A stretch of 64,000 bases of DNA, taken from Macrostomum hystrix (Eukaryota > Animalia > Platyhelminthes). The position numbers and the translations under genes are program-made. Positions 21,699-35,100 of this stretch are shown one piece after another (within the stretch, counting starts at the first letter, position 1; each line of letters starts with the position of its first letter). The notes under the pieces were generated by a model. That model was given only the letters and a program-made list of their open reading frames with translations, ran no database searches and had not been told where the DNA came from. The stretch lies in the NCBI GenBank assembly GCA_950097015.1, contig CATNEN010000007.1:558001-622000 (forward strand). The letters are read 5' to 3'.

Positions 21699-21809
21699 CG
21701 CAGCTGTGCTGACGTGGAGCCGCCTGAAATCGACACGCAGCTGTGTTGACGTGGAGCCACCTGAAATCGACCCGCAGCTGTGCTGACGTGGAGCTGCTGG
21801 AATCGACCC
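21699..21809. repeat. 37-bp tandem repeat, 3 copies
   Basis: CGCAGCTGTGCTGACGTGGAGCCGCCTGAAATCGACA starts at 21699, 21736 and 21773. Confidence 0.9.
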
Positions 21810-24800
21810 GGCCCGGCCTGTCCCGACCCGCAGCTGCCTGCATCGACCCAGCCCTGCCTGAAATCGGAGCAGCCCGGACCCGATCTGGAACGAGATCTGG
21901 AGGAGGCCGGGACCGCACAAGAAGACTGGATCGATGAAGGGAAGGGGATAATGAACAGTAGGAAAGAGGCCTCGATAGAAGCGGGAACACTTCCTACTCA
22001 ACTAATGCGTTTTCAGGACTTTTCCCCACCCTCCGTAGAAAAGGGGTTGGTGTGCCTGCCAACCAACTAGTCTAATGATAATGACTGTACTAGACTCGAG
22101 GCTGCTACATCACTCAGCCCAAATTCTCATGCGTACTGTTGCTACGGTATTGTCTTCTCCTCGGAACGAGGGGTTTCGAGGACATTATATGAGTCGGAGC
22201 AGAGCGCAGAAAAATGGACCGCCGAGATTTTGATAGAGAATTATCTTTGAGCTCCGTTAAGCTAGACAATTAGAAAACTAACTGTGTTTATGTTCTTTCT
22301 TGATCTGATCCCGAGGTAAGGATCCGGACGAGGATCGCTACCGCCAGCCAGGATCTTGAGACTCAATAGTCGTTAGTAGTTATAGCCTTCAAGCCATATA
22401 GACTGCCACAAAACGCTAGACTACATAAAGGAAAATAACAAAATAAAACAGAGACCGAAGCTTGAAGCGCTATAGAGTGCTCTGCACTGCTCTTGCCAAA
22501 GTTCGGGGGAGTGAAATTTGGAAAATGAGGAATTTTATAGAAACTTTGCGGATGTGGAAATCATTTCCAAAGCTTTGAGGAAGTGATATATAGGTAAATA
22601 TGATGTTTGGGTTTTGTGGAGTTTAGAGTGAAGTTTTTGAAGTTTACTGAAAGTGCCTAGGATGTACTCTCTTGACATTCTCGAAGGACTGTTGACCCAC
22701 GAACTAATTATACGGAATCCTCTATATATACGTATTCGGCAATTGCATCATAAACAACAAAATGCTTAATTAAGGTGCAGACATGCAGGTACAAATTTAG
22801 CTTGCGATTGCGGTTGAATCAAAGGAAAATAGAGATTGCGGTTTCATTTCAGCCTAGCGCAAATTCTGTCAAAGCACTTGGTTATAAGATTTCTTCCCAT
22901 TTATAGTCTGTACAATGTAAGATGCGCATGATTTAATTATTGATTGCTTATTGTTTGCTGTTTCCAGTTCCAGATGATCCCTTCAGTTGACACATTCAGA
23001 TCAGCTATCAAATATAAAGATTCATGCTTAAGATTCATGTTAGACAGTTCGCAGCAAGTATCTGCGGATCAAACCGATCAAGTCTTATCCATTTTTTTGT
23101 TCCCCGAAAAAAGATACTTATCTATTGGGGTGTTGGGTGATTTGGTCGCACTTTTAGCAAAAAGCAAAACTCGTAAATTTTTGGACCCTTGCACGCCGAA
23201 AATAAGCGAAAATTGCAAAAAATCTCGTTTTCCGGGTTCAGGCGCCTACCGCGCTCAAACAAAGCACTGTCGAGCTTAACTTTCTATTTAACAGTTTATC
23301 TAGATACGGGATTGGATGGAGAGTCAGTGACTAAACAGAATAATCAGCAGACGCATGGATGTGCTTCGCGCTTACTGCAAGTAGCAATGCAAGTGCGCAC
23401 GACGAACACACGAGCATGGACGAAATATGGACAAAATATTCAATGAAGATTCCCATAAGGACATCACAACTTACAAGAATGGCTGGGAGAATATAAATGT
23501 GGCAATGACCCAAATTAACACGCTGCAAGAATAAAGACTATCTAACCAGCCGTAAAAAAACTGTAAATATTGACTATCAAATATGCAAAAAATGAAAATC
23601 TTGCTTGCTTGCTTGTTTCTTTCTAAAGTTATACACGATCAAAGATTCGCTTAAACAGCCCTTTTCGGGGCCAGCCGCGACCCCTTCGCAAATAACAACG
23701 TCACAACGCTATCACTTCAATATTGAGTGCCAGTCAATCATCTGCCGTATTTCGTTTTGTCAACGTGTCAGCTAATCGCTAGACAAGTAATCAGGATTCA
23801 AGCCTATTTTTAATGAGATCAGCGAGTGAACAAAAAAATCTACTCCTGAGTTTAAATATGTTCACATCTGTGTTTAATTCGTGCTTTAACTTTTCCTCTT
23901 GGGAGACATTGCGTGCCTCCAAAATCCGTAAGCAACCCGTCATTTGAGCACCAGTTAAAGCGTCAGATTGAGTGACATCTGTTGGTGCCATCGGTAAGTA
24001 AGTCCTACCGTCGGGATGGACGGTTGGAGACACGATTCCAGTCTATCGACTCCTCCAATGAATTTTGTGCAGCTCGCTACTAACCAGCTGCACTGGCCCT
24101 CCACAATGGGGTGGTCTGTCGCTCAAACGAGCTGTAAGTAAGCACAATCATGAGCAACATCGTGGTGTCCAAGATGCCGCTTTCCAATGCTGGTCATTTT
24201 AAAACCAGGACATTGTAAAACACCAAGGTGAAAGCTTGGAGTTGGGATACCAGCAGTTTTCAGCGAATCAAGGATGACTCTCAGTTTTCTCATAAAACAA
24301 ATAATTTTCTAGACGCTTCAGCTCTCTACCTATTTCATAGTCGAAGTTACCATTCCGTAAACAATCACGAGTTGGTAGAACATGGTCAGGTCTCAGTTCC
24401 AGGCAAACGCAAGTGTTTTCGAAGCAGCTGAGACTAGAAAATTTGTTAGTGGTTGGCTGATGTTCCTTGCATTATCTCACGATTGATAGGTTATGTACCA
24501 CCGATATTGGACGGATAATGTAAAATGAGTGTCTTATGACTGCATTTTGTGGGTACTTAGTTACAAAAATTTAAATCTTACGCATGTTATACGCTTAACT
24601 ATCCAGTGCGACGACCGCATTTTTTACTTTTAGATTCCCGTTTTCTACTGTTCGATTAGAAACATTTACGAGTATCCCACTAATTTTCTAAGCCTGAAAC
24701 CGTCAAGCTAAAACGAAATTGCGCTGCTCAACGGCATAAGATAATTTGGTCAATCGTGTCCTCAGGAATCCGTGTCAAGTATAATCTCGAGGGTTATGCA

Positions 24801-25369
24801 TCTTTCACGCTAAACATAAAATTAGCATTTGGAAAGCAGAATGGCATGTTGATTATTTCTAGATAGCGTCTATAGGGTTGATCAATTATATCCAGTCACA
24901 AGCAACTTAAAGTCTCATTTTCGCGGCCAATCACGCGGTGGACCTGACACTGCTTTACTGACTTCTGCAGAATTAAAACAGCTTGACACGGTAGAATCTG
25001 AGCGGTTTCTCAAGTATCTACATCTTTCCTATGTCAAGCAAGCAAGAGCACTTGAATATCTGACCAGGATTTGTTAAAATTTGACATCATATTTGTTTTC
25101 GTAGAAACAAACAAAGAGCTCTCGGAAATCTGTAAAGCTCTGGTCTGTATCTCTAAATGTGAGCAAAGGGAATTGAGTGCAGTCTGGAGCTGCTGTCGAC
25201 TTAGTTCTTGCGAATTTCAGCATTTATTTTTCACAAATACTTTGATTCACCAGGTTCAGTAATTTGTGAATCCGCGACTTGTCTTTTAGAGGAAAAGTAC
25301 ACTACTGAGCAGAGACAGCAATCAGTCGATCACCTGCAGCTGCAACTCACTTTCTACCTGCCAGTCCGA

Positions 25370-28300
25370 ATGAACTTCCGACTGCAGCTTCTGCTGTTAT
25401 TTAGCTGCACATTCAGCTGTGTTTACTGCAGTAAGTATTCTTAGCAATCAATTTTCAGATTTGAGACTTTTAATACGCAGGTTGTTGTATTTTGATTAAC
25501 TGGGACGATTCGAGTATTGAGCTACAAACTCAGCTTGCACACATCTGTTGTTTATGAAAAACGAGTGAAAATTCCACGCTAACCAGGCCTAAAGAGTTCA
25601 TTCATAGAATTGCAAATATTTTACAGCTAAACTGCTGATACCTTTCTCGACCGGTAACCCCAAAGCAAAACCTGCAAATCCTCGTCTCTGTTCACAAAAT
25701 AAGTAAAAGGGATTTCAAATTTAGCAGGCAGCAGCTTCAACGTCACCGAAGCCGAAATCGCCGACGCCTGGCAGTCGTCCAGGCTCGAGAGCGACAGTCG
25801 CTGCTTCCGACACTCATCGGCCAGACCAGGCCAGTTTGACTATTTTCACCCCAGCGACACTCCGGACAGCTCGGGCTACCAGTGGCTGCTGCTGAAGCTG
25901 AACCGACCTGTTCAAATAAAATCGGTGACTGTCTATGGCCGAACTGACTGTAAGTTACCGAGCAGCTCCAGTTTTTGTGCGTCCGGAAAACTGTAAATTG
26001 AGAAGATTTCCTAAAAACTTCCTTAAACTCACTTCAGCTCCAGAACAGGAGAGGATCAGAGCTCAAGGCATCGAGATTCTGCTCAGCAACAAGAGGCCGC
26101 ATGGTTTTACTGAGAATCCACCTGCTTGCACATCGAGAATCACTCCCCATGTGTGTTTGGATTTCACCTGTGCGGCTCCATCGGCTATTCAGAGGTTCCG
26201 GGTCGGGCATACAAAGTGAACTGCACAGATGTAAAGGATTCCACGGTGTGTAAGCTTTCTTGCTACCAATATTTCTGTTTTGAATTTTCATGTGCGAGCG
26301 TTGCAAACCTCACTTTCCATGAGTTAGTGCTGCTGAGAAAATTCTTGGGCAACCAGACTGACAAGTACATGAACTTCAGGCTTCTGAACATTGAAAGTGA
26401 GTTTCAGTGCTCTGTTCATTGCAATGGTCACATTTTCAATGGCATTGATCGCTGACCCTTGATAAAACTTCAGCCGCTGACTTCTGCTTGTCATCCCAGA
26501 ACACCTGCTCTGAGACAAAACTGTCACTTCTCAAACCAGACGAAAGGCTGATGATAAAGGCGTGGCTGCCTTGTCACAATGTGACCAGTGCATCAACATT
26601 CAGCATGAAAAGTGCGAACGGGACCGTCTTACCTCTAAAGACTGTACGCGTTAGTTTTGACAATCAAAGTTTCTAGTTTGCAACAATTGAACTGAAGGTT
26701 CCCATCATTTTGTGCTCCGTTCATTGTAGAAATCTGCGATGAGGGAATTCATTGTTCTCCAAGAGTTCAACATGAGTACGGAATTTCACGGAGCTTTGCT
26801 GCAGTGCCAGCATAATTGCAGCGATGGGAGTCAGCTGGAGACATCCCGGAAGCTCTACATTTTCGGTTTCTCATCATCTACTTTTTTAGCTTTAATTTTG
26901 AACAAAAAGCTTCTTTAGTATATTGAAGCATAAAATTGGTCATTTAACTTCACTCCATCCCGAATTTGGTGCCAGTGAGCCCCAAGGCTTACAGTCTGGA
27001 TATGAATGTCACGAAGCTCTGGGTTGTCGGCAAGCCGGCATTTTTCACATTCAGCACTGAAGGCTCGTTCCCTCTGCCTGTGCACAGGTGCTTCTTGGTC
27101 AGTGCAGCTGATAAAACTAATGAAAATGACAAACTTTCAGACTACCGGGAAATGGCGCCACTCTCTGTGAGTAGCTCAACGAAATTCAAAGTCGGTGGCC
27201 AGATGTAGTCTAACGTGAATGAAATATGAGCGCTAATGAATCGCTTCGAATGATTTCAGTGAGTCTCGAATTTGAACTTGAATTTCTCCAAACAGCAATG
27301 TTGGGTAATGACAGACCAGACTGACAAAGGCATCATGGTTGAAAACCAGCTGATTGAAAAGCTGTTAATTTCAAGAAAATCCAATGAAAGGATTATTGAA
27401 ATACGAGTATAATACTAGAATTTGGTTTTCAACTCAGTGGATAAATTTTAATTATACACTGCTGACAATGCAACAAACTTTTTCTCTTATCATTTATAAA
27501 TGAGGCACCATGACTGCCGCATATTTGATTGTGGAGTAAATTTTCAAGCAGTGAGCGGTTTGACTTTAAGTCTATAAGAGTCTCTGGATTTCGATTCACA
27601 TCGTTTGAATTTCCTTGCTGTAAATCCTTACTTTACCGTAATTTAGATACTCGTAAAATTTAGCCTGGTGAATCAGTCAGGACTCCTCGATACCTGGATC
27701 CGTCATCCACTGCCTGATGTGCTGTGTGAGTTCTTTGCTAATCTATTCGTTTTAATTCGTAAATAAGGACTATTCGGTTCTTATTTAGTTCTTGTTCATT
27801 TCATTTCTTTTACATGTTTTGCTTTACGATTAACTGAATATTATATTTAATTGACGTTTAATTTCCTTGCCAGCGTAATTTATTCAATGCTTACTTTCAC
27901 AGACCCAGCAAAAAATTTCGATCAAGCTACCGCTTAAGGAGTTACAAGCAGGAGTTCCTGCCAACTTCACCTTGCAAATCTCCGAGCCAGGAAATCCACA
28001 TGCTGTGCCCAGCTGCTCAGTCAGTGGTAGAAGTCTCACGCAGCTCAAGGTAATTCTGAATTAAGGGTGGCTAAAGCAATGACCAACTCAAGAAATTACT
28101 TTATATTATTTATTGGTATGAATAATAAGTCTGTCCATATATTCTGCTAAATGTCTGCTAAATAAAGTACATTTTGAATCCCATCTGACATGATCTCATT
28201 TTGTCGCGGATGGACAAGTTGTGTTGAGTACTCTGTTTCGGTTTTGAAAAGAATCTCATAAATCTGGAAGGTATGGAGCAAAAAAAATGATGTTCAGCAG

Positions 28301-30435
28301 AAGCAGCACAATGGAAATCTTGAAGAGAGAGTCTTGTCGGATTCCGGTGGACATGAAGTGCAGGAAATTAGCAAGGACAACTTAAGAACACCTAAGAACT
28401 TAAGACAACTTAACAACTTTAGTGCTCTTAAGTTGTCTTAGAAAATGAGTCGCTAGTTGTTTACTGAAACTTTTACTCTTCAACAGAAAGAATCCTTCAT
28501 AATCGAATGCCTCGTCCGTGTGGACCATCAGCGCCCTGGTCACTGACAACAAGAAGAGCATCGCCTGCCACGTTGTACAGACTACAAAGGTGCTGTTCCA
28601 TCCGCATAGACAGGGCAGCACCATTCAGTGCTCAGCTAAGCAAACTCTAAACTCACAGACCGTGTTCAACAGCAGCACCGCAGTGGTCTTTCAAGTGAAC
28701 TGTGAGACCAAACTCACTGTGTTGTCTCTGCTTCTGGTTGAACTTTGTTATAAGCATGCCAGACAGCTGAGTGCTGATCATCTGATTACAGAAATGGCCA
28801 ACAATTCTCTGCTGATAAGTCCAAGTTCCGGGATCGCTGAAGGCAGCATCCTGAACGTCGCGCTCGAGTCAGCTGGTGGCAGACCAACAGTCAGCGAACT
28901 CGAGTGCTTTGTATGAGATCTCAGACTCTCTGAGAACAAATCTCATGTACGTACTTTGCTTGTTATCTTCATCAACTGGTTCTTTTGTGACTAGCTCATT
29001 CGTTTGCTTTCCTACAGACCAGAAATGTGACGGAGAAATCGACAAGATAAATAATTTCTGGCTTCAAGCCTCGTGGGTGCACCATGAGAAGATACTCATG
29101 TGCAAATTCGAGCAGGACAAAGTTCTGCGGATGCCCTTTACATTTTCTTTTGGAATTGAGGAGTTCTGACTCTCATTGTTTACTGTAAGCTGATGGTTTT
29201 AAGCGATTTAAAACGACCCAACTCGCATGTGGCTGAAAAAGTTGCTCTAAGAAATTAAGAAATTCAAAACTGATTTTAGACAAGCCAAACGTGATGCTGT
29301 CCGAGCCGAGCTTCAACGGAAGCCACTTTGATGGCACCCTGCGTCTGTCAGGTGGAAACCCCATGCCGGAGGCGGAGTGCTTTGCGAATGGCAATTCTTC
29401 ATCCTTAGTAGGCGAACGTTTCATGAGGCCTAAAATTGTTCCTCTATCTCGCTATTTGAGTACAGTAGTTGAGTCGATGCCTAAAACCATTTTGATTCCA
29501 GATCTTCAGAAACGAAATCTCAAACCGTTCGGTTCTGCTTGGCAATGCGACTCACGCATTAGCATTTGTTCACAATGAGCAAATTCCTTTCATTGAAATC
29601 TCTTTCATGAAGCATAGTTTATATGTGAAGCAAGCAAAGGCTCAAGTATTCACAGCTTATCTTGAACTACACACGATAGCCTCACATCAGGAAAATGCAG
29701 AAATAGGTAGAACAAATGAATATCATTACATTATGAACAATTTATTAATGGATTTGGTGAAGCATATGGAAAATTGAAGCATTCATTCTCATGAAAACCT
29801 CAGCTGAAATGCCTCAGCTGATCGCCACGCCTAACCATGAGCCACAGAGGTCCATGTGGCCTCTGTTGTCCCCGCTGATTCTGCTGCCGCTGCTGCTCAT
29901 CCTCGCAGTGCCTGTTTGGCTGCATCGCCGCAGACTCAACTCGGTTCGGCTACCGATGGCCACCTCGGCTGCGGCCTCTAAAACCAGAAACGAAGAGCGC
30001 CCGTTCAGCCCTGGAGCTCGAGCTGGAGTATAGAAAGTCGCACTACCTGTACCAGGTAATATTTTCTATCGTCACTATGAGCTCGTAAACGGCCTTCTGT
30101 GAAAATCGAAGAAAAAAGGACGTTTTGCAATGTCTAGTAAAATACAGGCGTTTATAAACTGAATGTAATGCAATCTTTCATTTTGCACTTGAAGAATGAT
30201 GCAATGAAGAATCCACAGGCTTCTTAAACTTTGCAACCGAATAGCTTCTCCGTCAGCAGCCGCATCATGTTCCTCATCTTCGCGCCACATCCTGCATTTT
30301 TACCCGCAGAACTTGAGCAACACGGAATACGCCACAGTTGTGGGCTCGGTGCCCGGCCTCTCGGACAGCTGGGAGACTCTCTACTTGCCAATTGTTGGCC
30401 ACCTGGATGAGGAAGGCCACCTGGTGACGGCTTGA
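25370..30435 (+). pseudogene. Locus B: divergent lectin-Ig-TM-ITSM receptor paralog with multiple lesions
   Basis: Leader 25370-25430 and exons 25728-25949, 26730-26865 and 26976-27097 have the same lengths as in A/C. Lesions: +2 frameshift near 26153, weak or absent acceptor near 26320, apparent loss of exon 9 and half of exon 10, +1 in an A-run near 27910, TAA at the 28791 junction, frameshift near 30003. TM WPLLSPLILLPLLLILAVPVWL. Last exon 30310-30435 (NTEYATVV...TLYLPI). Confidence 0.8.
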
Positions 30436-30799
30436 CACTTTAAATAGTTGAGAGGATGTCGATTTGAGGAAACTAATTTAGGGATAGCGTTAATAGCTGT
30501 CGAGTTCTGCCTACCAATTTTGGATGCTAATCCTGTGATAGCATTGAAATCGAAGAACTGCCACATGAATCAGCTAGTCTATATAAGTCTGATTAGAAGC
30601 AGCAATGTCTGTGAAAGATCAAAGCGGAAATGACTGTAACCTGCGCCAGTTTTTATTCGAGAGCAACATGCACAGATTCGATTTTATCAGCTCTATTAAG
30701 CATAAACTTTTTCTGAGAATCAGCGAGTGCTTCACTAGGGTTTCCGTACTCCAGTTAATCAAAGACCTAAACTCGATTTGAGTTACTTATAAATGGTAT

Positions 30800-30908
30800 A
30801 TATTCCCCATTTATTTTGTTGTCTAGCGGGCAAAAGCAAGAGGTGTCTCGTTTATGATCGAGACACCGAGTGCTTTTGGCCCTAGACAGCTAAATGAGTG
30901 GGGAATAT
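30800..30908. other. Imperfect ~110-bp foldback palindrome
   Basis: Nested arms ATATTCCCCA/TGGGGAATAT, TGTCTAG/CTAGACA, CAAAAGCA/TGCTTTTG and GGTGTCTCG/CGAGACACC around an 8-nt loop. Confidence 0.8.
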
Positions 30909-32148
30909 GATATGTATCCCCCGTTCGGTATGTTGGCTGCTAGCGGGGATGAGGGGGCAGATTGGTCGCTGGGGGTGTGAGGGCGAAGCCCCCACTAGGG
31001 GTCTGGGGGTGAAGCCCCCACATTTAGGCCACAGTCAATTTTAATTTATTTGCATCGATGCAAAGTGAGCTAAACTAGCAAAAAGTCAAGGGGAACTAAA
31101 GTACAAAAGAACTATAAAAAAAATAAAAAAATGAAAAGTATAAATTACGTTTTTAGTCTATGGCACAAAGCTGAAGGCTAATCTAGAAAGAAATTACTGT
31201 ACGACGAAGTAAAAGTTATTTGTGCAGCAACACTGCAAGCCAGGACACTTATACAACTGAGAGACGTGCTGATTTTATCGACAAATAAGCCAAGAGATAT
31301 GTCTGGACAGTCTGGTGCTCGACATCAATAAATGAGTTACTTATAAATGTATTTATTTCGTTTCTAATTTAATGGGTGCAGTTTGTTACCGACTCCTATT
31401 AGCCCCAATTTGGCAATTTTCGCTTGTCCTATTTATTCAGTACCAAAGCGAGCGTCCGTCTTGTATGCATAATATTTATCGCTTGGCCTTAGACACTGGC
31501 ACTAGCGAAGCTTTACTCCTGATGAAGCCGAGACTATATTTATAAATTGTTTGTATGAATAGCATATTTAGGTGTACAAATATCCCAGATCTGGCTCAGC
31601 TTATCTACAATCTGCATGCTAAACATTCACGCGAAGGTCGCATTGGAGAGTTTTGTTGAAGCGTTCCTTCTAAACATCACTGGAGTGTGTTCCATTTCTA
31701 AATTTGCTCCAATGAACTCCTCATTTCGTATCAGCTTTCGAATGGCAGCCTGGTGTATTGGTATATAATATTCACCTGTAGAGTTTCTATTTCAGAACGG
31801 CACACAGCAAAACTTAGCAAGATACAAGTTCCCTTCACAGTTGGAGCTGACCAGAACTGAATTAGTAAAATGCGATCAATTTATAGCAACTTCTTCTAAT
31901 TCTTAACAAATTGGGCAAGAACACTTTCCGACACTCGTGTCTTGATTTAACTTCGAGCTGCCGTATGGTCAGCTCTGCCGTTAAAGCTAAAAGCCCTATC
32001 CTGACGAGAAAATTTCGCGCTGTCTATGGGCGAGAAGTTTCACAAAAGCAGAGCGTTTCCTGCTGATCATGCTCAGCAGCGCTTACAAAGTTAGATACTG
32101 CTAAACGTGTCCATCTTGCATACGTTTGCCTACGAGTGAATATGAGCG

Positions 32149-35100
32149 AAGGAATATGCAGTAGACTTTCTGACTGATGTGTAAAATGCGAGTCGTTTAA
32201 TTTAACGAGAGAAAAAACTTCTTTTTGTAGTCAAATGCATTTAAAGCATTAATTTCATATGCTAGAATAAATATTAAGAACTAAATATGAGCACATATGA
32301 ACAGTGAGTGCAACATGGCGATAAATAAAGGTCTTAGTGACAAGAAGAGATGTACAGTATCCGACTTTACTGACTGCCAATGAACCATTTCATAAAAAAA
32401 CAGCAAAATGCAAGAAACAATTTGTAGAAACAAATGTAGATTTGAGGGTTGCAGGACGAGGAAACAGACGCAGAAACATTGGTTTTAAATTGGCGAAAAA
32501 AACTAAAAAAAACTTTTAAAAAGTTAAGCTTAACGGAACAACGTAGCAAAACCGAGACAAAACTGATTGCAGTTTAGGCAAATTGTCCCCTTTCTGTGAT
32601 GTGCAGTAACTTTTATGATCCAATCAAATAAAGTTTTGTCTCTTTAAGGAAATGCGGAACAGTTTGCGACCGACAATAACTCAGACACATTCGAAACACA
32701 TCCTATGATTGTTGCTTCAGTAGTTATTCGCAAGCCACTCCTCGAAACAGGGGCTGGGACAAAGTGCAGGGGCGCTTGGGCACTCGGTGCAGCAGAAAAC
32801 AGTGCATTTTGCATTGCCCCTGCTGTAGCACACGCGACAGCGCTTTGTCGGTCTTGGATGCGCAATTTGCTGGGCATATCTTTTCAGCGAGTGCACAATC
32901 AACATGTAAACATGGGCACAGCAGCTGCGCAGTTTAAATGCTGGTACTGGTTGTGAGTAATATTATCTAGAGTTCCTGTTGTTGTAAAAATGTAGTAGCT
33001 TTTGTTGTAGCTTTTAGAAGAGATACAGAGATTAAATTGGTTTACCAATGTCCTAAGTTCGTATACGATTGGAATGTGCTGCGTGTGCTTGTTGTACAGT
33101 AATTCTAAATTGGCTTTTAGTGTTCACAGATAAGATTTTAGCGAATGGATTTAGACTCATTCAGATTGCGCACGCGATTGCTGAGTGACCTTCAGGATGC
33201 AAAGGATTTGAGGTGAGGTGAGGCTCAAAAATATATACAAGCTAAATTGAAAAAGCAAAGCTAAAAATTCATCTAAGAAATTTTATTTAGCAACTTTTCG
33301 TCAGCCAATGGTTTCGTTAACCTGAATTCATTGGGTAGGTCCGAAGTAGGCAAACTGGCGAAACGTAAACCTTAAATAAGTGAAAACTGTTCAATTCCAT
33401 AGGACAATACCTCGTCACTTTCAATAAAACCTACTGCTTCACTTTGTCGCAAAGCAATTAAACGTTTTATCATAATTTCTTTATCTTTCTAGGTTGACTT
33501 TCAGACTCAGTTGGAATCCATTAGCCTCCTTATCGATGGATTTCAGGCTGATGCTAACCTGCAGCTGTATGATCTGCATCTTCTCTGGGTGTGAGCTTTT
33601 CATTCAGGTTTTGAGCTGCTTTTGAGTTTCAGCTGTTGATCCATCGGTAGCTCGCAACAGCTACGGAATCATCGAAATTCCGTAAATGCATCCTCACCTG
33701 TTACTCATTCTTCAGGCAGCGGCTTCTACGTCACCAAAGCCGAAATCGCCGACACCTGGCAGTCGTCCTGGCTCGAGAGCGACAGTCGCTGCTTCCGCCA
33801 CTCATCGGCCAGACCTGGCGATACGGACTTTTTTCACTCCAGCAACACTCCGGACAGCTCGGGCTACCAGTGGCTGCTGCTGAAGCTGAGCCGCTGTGTC
33901 CGAGTGCGCTCCGTCACTGTCTATGGGAGGCCGGAGGGTGCGTAAAAGGCAAATTCGATTCAGCCTCTTAGCTACTCGATCATAATTAGTCTTGTAGAGT
34001 CTTCTATGCCCTATTAAACTATTGACACCACCTCACAATGCCAGTATAATTCAACTTTTTATTGTATTTTCTTTCAAATTAGGTTGCGTTTTGTAAGTTT
34101 GATACTTAGAATTTTTTCAGTAATGGTGTCTTCTTCTCCAGTTCCTGCCAGTGAAAGAGTCAGGGCCCAGGGCATTGAGGTGCTGCTCAGCGACCAGCAA
34201 CCGGTCGGTCTGACTGAGAATCCGCCAGGCTGCACAGCGAGCTTCACTCACAATGTGACCGGATTTCACCTGTGCGGCTCCACCGGCTACTCGGAGAAGC
34301 CGGGCTTCGAGTACAAAGTGAACTGCACGGATGGGAATCATGAAAAGGTTTGATCTGCTTGGTGCAATGTTGGTACATTGTTGGTGCATTTTCCAATAAA
34401 ATAATATTTTTATTGATTGCAGATGACCCGGTTTGTACTGCTCAGGAAGTTCGTAACCAAACAGACTAATGATAAGCACATGAACTTCAGACTTCTTGAA
34501 ATCGATGGAGGTGTGTCATTTTACCCTTTATTTGACTCTCCAAAAATTTTTAAATTTTACATATTGAAATTATTGCTTACTTTTTCATCTATATCATAAA
34601 CTGAGTTTTTTTATGTTCTTTAACATCAGTCAGAGTTTTTTCATTTTCAGAACAGTTCTGCATAAGCGATAGTGCCGGCTGCACAGACAAGTCATTGTTC
34701 CTCTTGAAGCCCAACGAAAATGTCATGATCAGAGCATGGTGGCCGTGTGGCAGCCAGCCAGCCAGCACCAACTGCAGCATCGAACTGCCTGACGGGACAG
34801 TCAGACAACTGACAATTGTATGCTCCTTGCATTTGCATTGTGTGTACTCGTACATTGTGCGAATTCCTAAACAACAGGTCGAGACTGTTTGACATTTCAG
34901 ATGAGCCGTAACACCGAGTATGCGATCATAAAACTCACCAATGTATCATTTGAACTTCACAGATCGACTCTGCAATGTCATCACAGCTACGCCAATGGGA
35001 CGTCAATCGAGACTTCACAACTTCTTGGAGTCTTCGGTGCGATTGCTTAAAAATCCGAGATATATTGTAACTTTAAGCTCTGCTGCTCCATGTTATATTT

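Noticed and set aside
17280-22480. Split direct or inverted terminal repeats for the YR retroelement
   Set aside because: No matching blocks were found by eye between the regions flanking YR and Gag, so the element ends are left undefined.
23791-24431. Short ORFs as a separate gene or transposase
   Set aside because: No recognisable motif, no consistent splice chain, and frequent stops in all frames.
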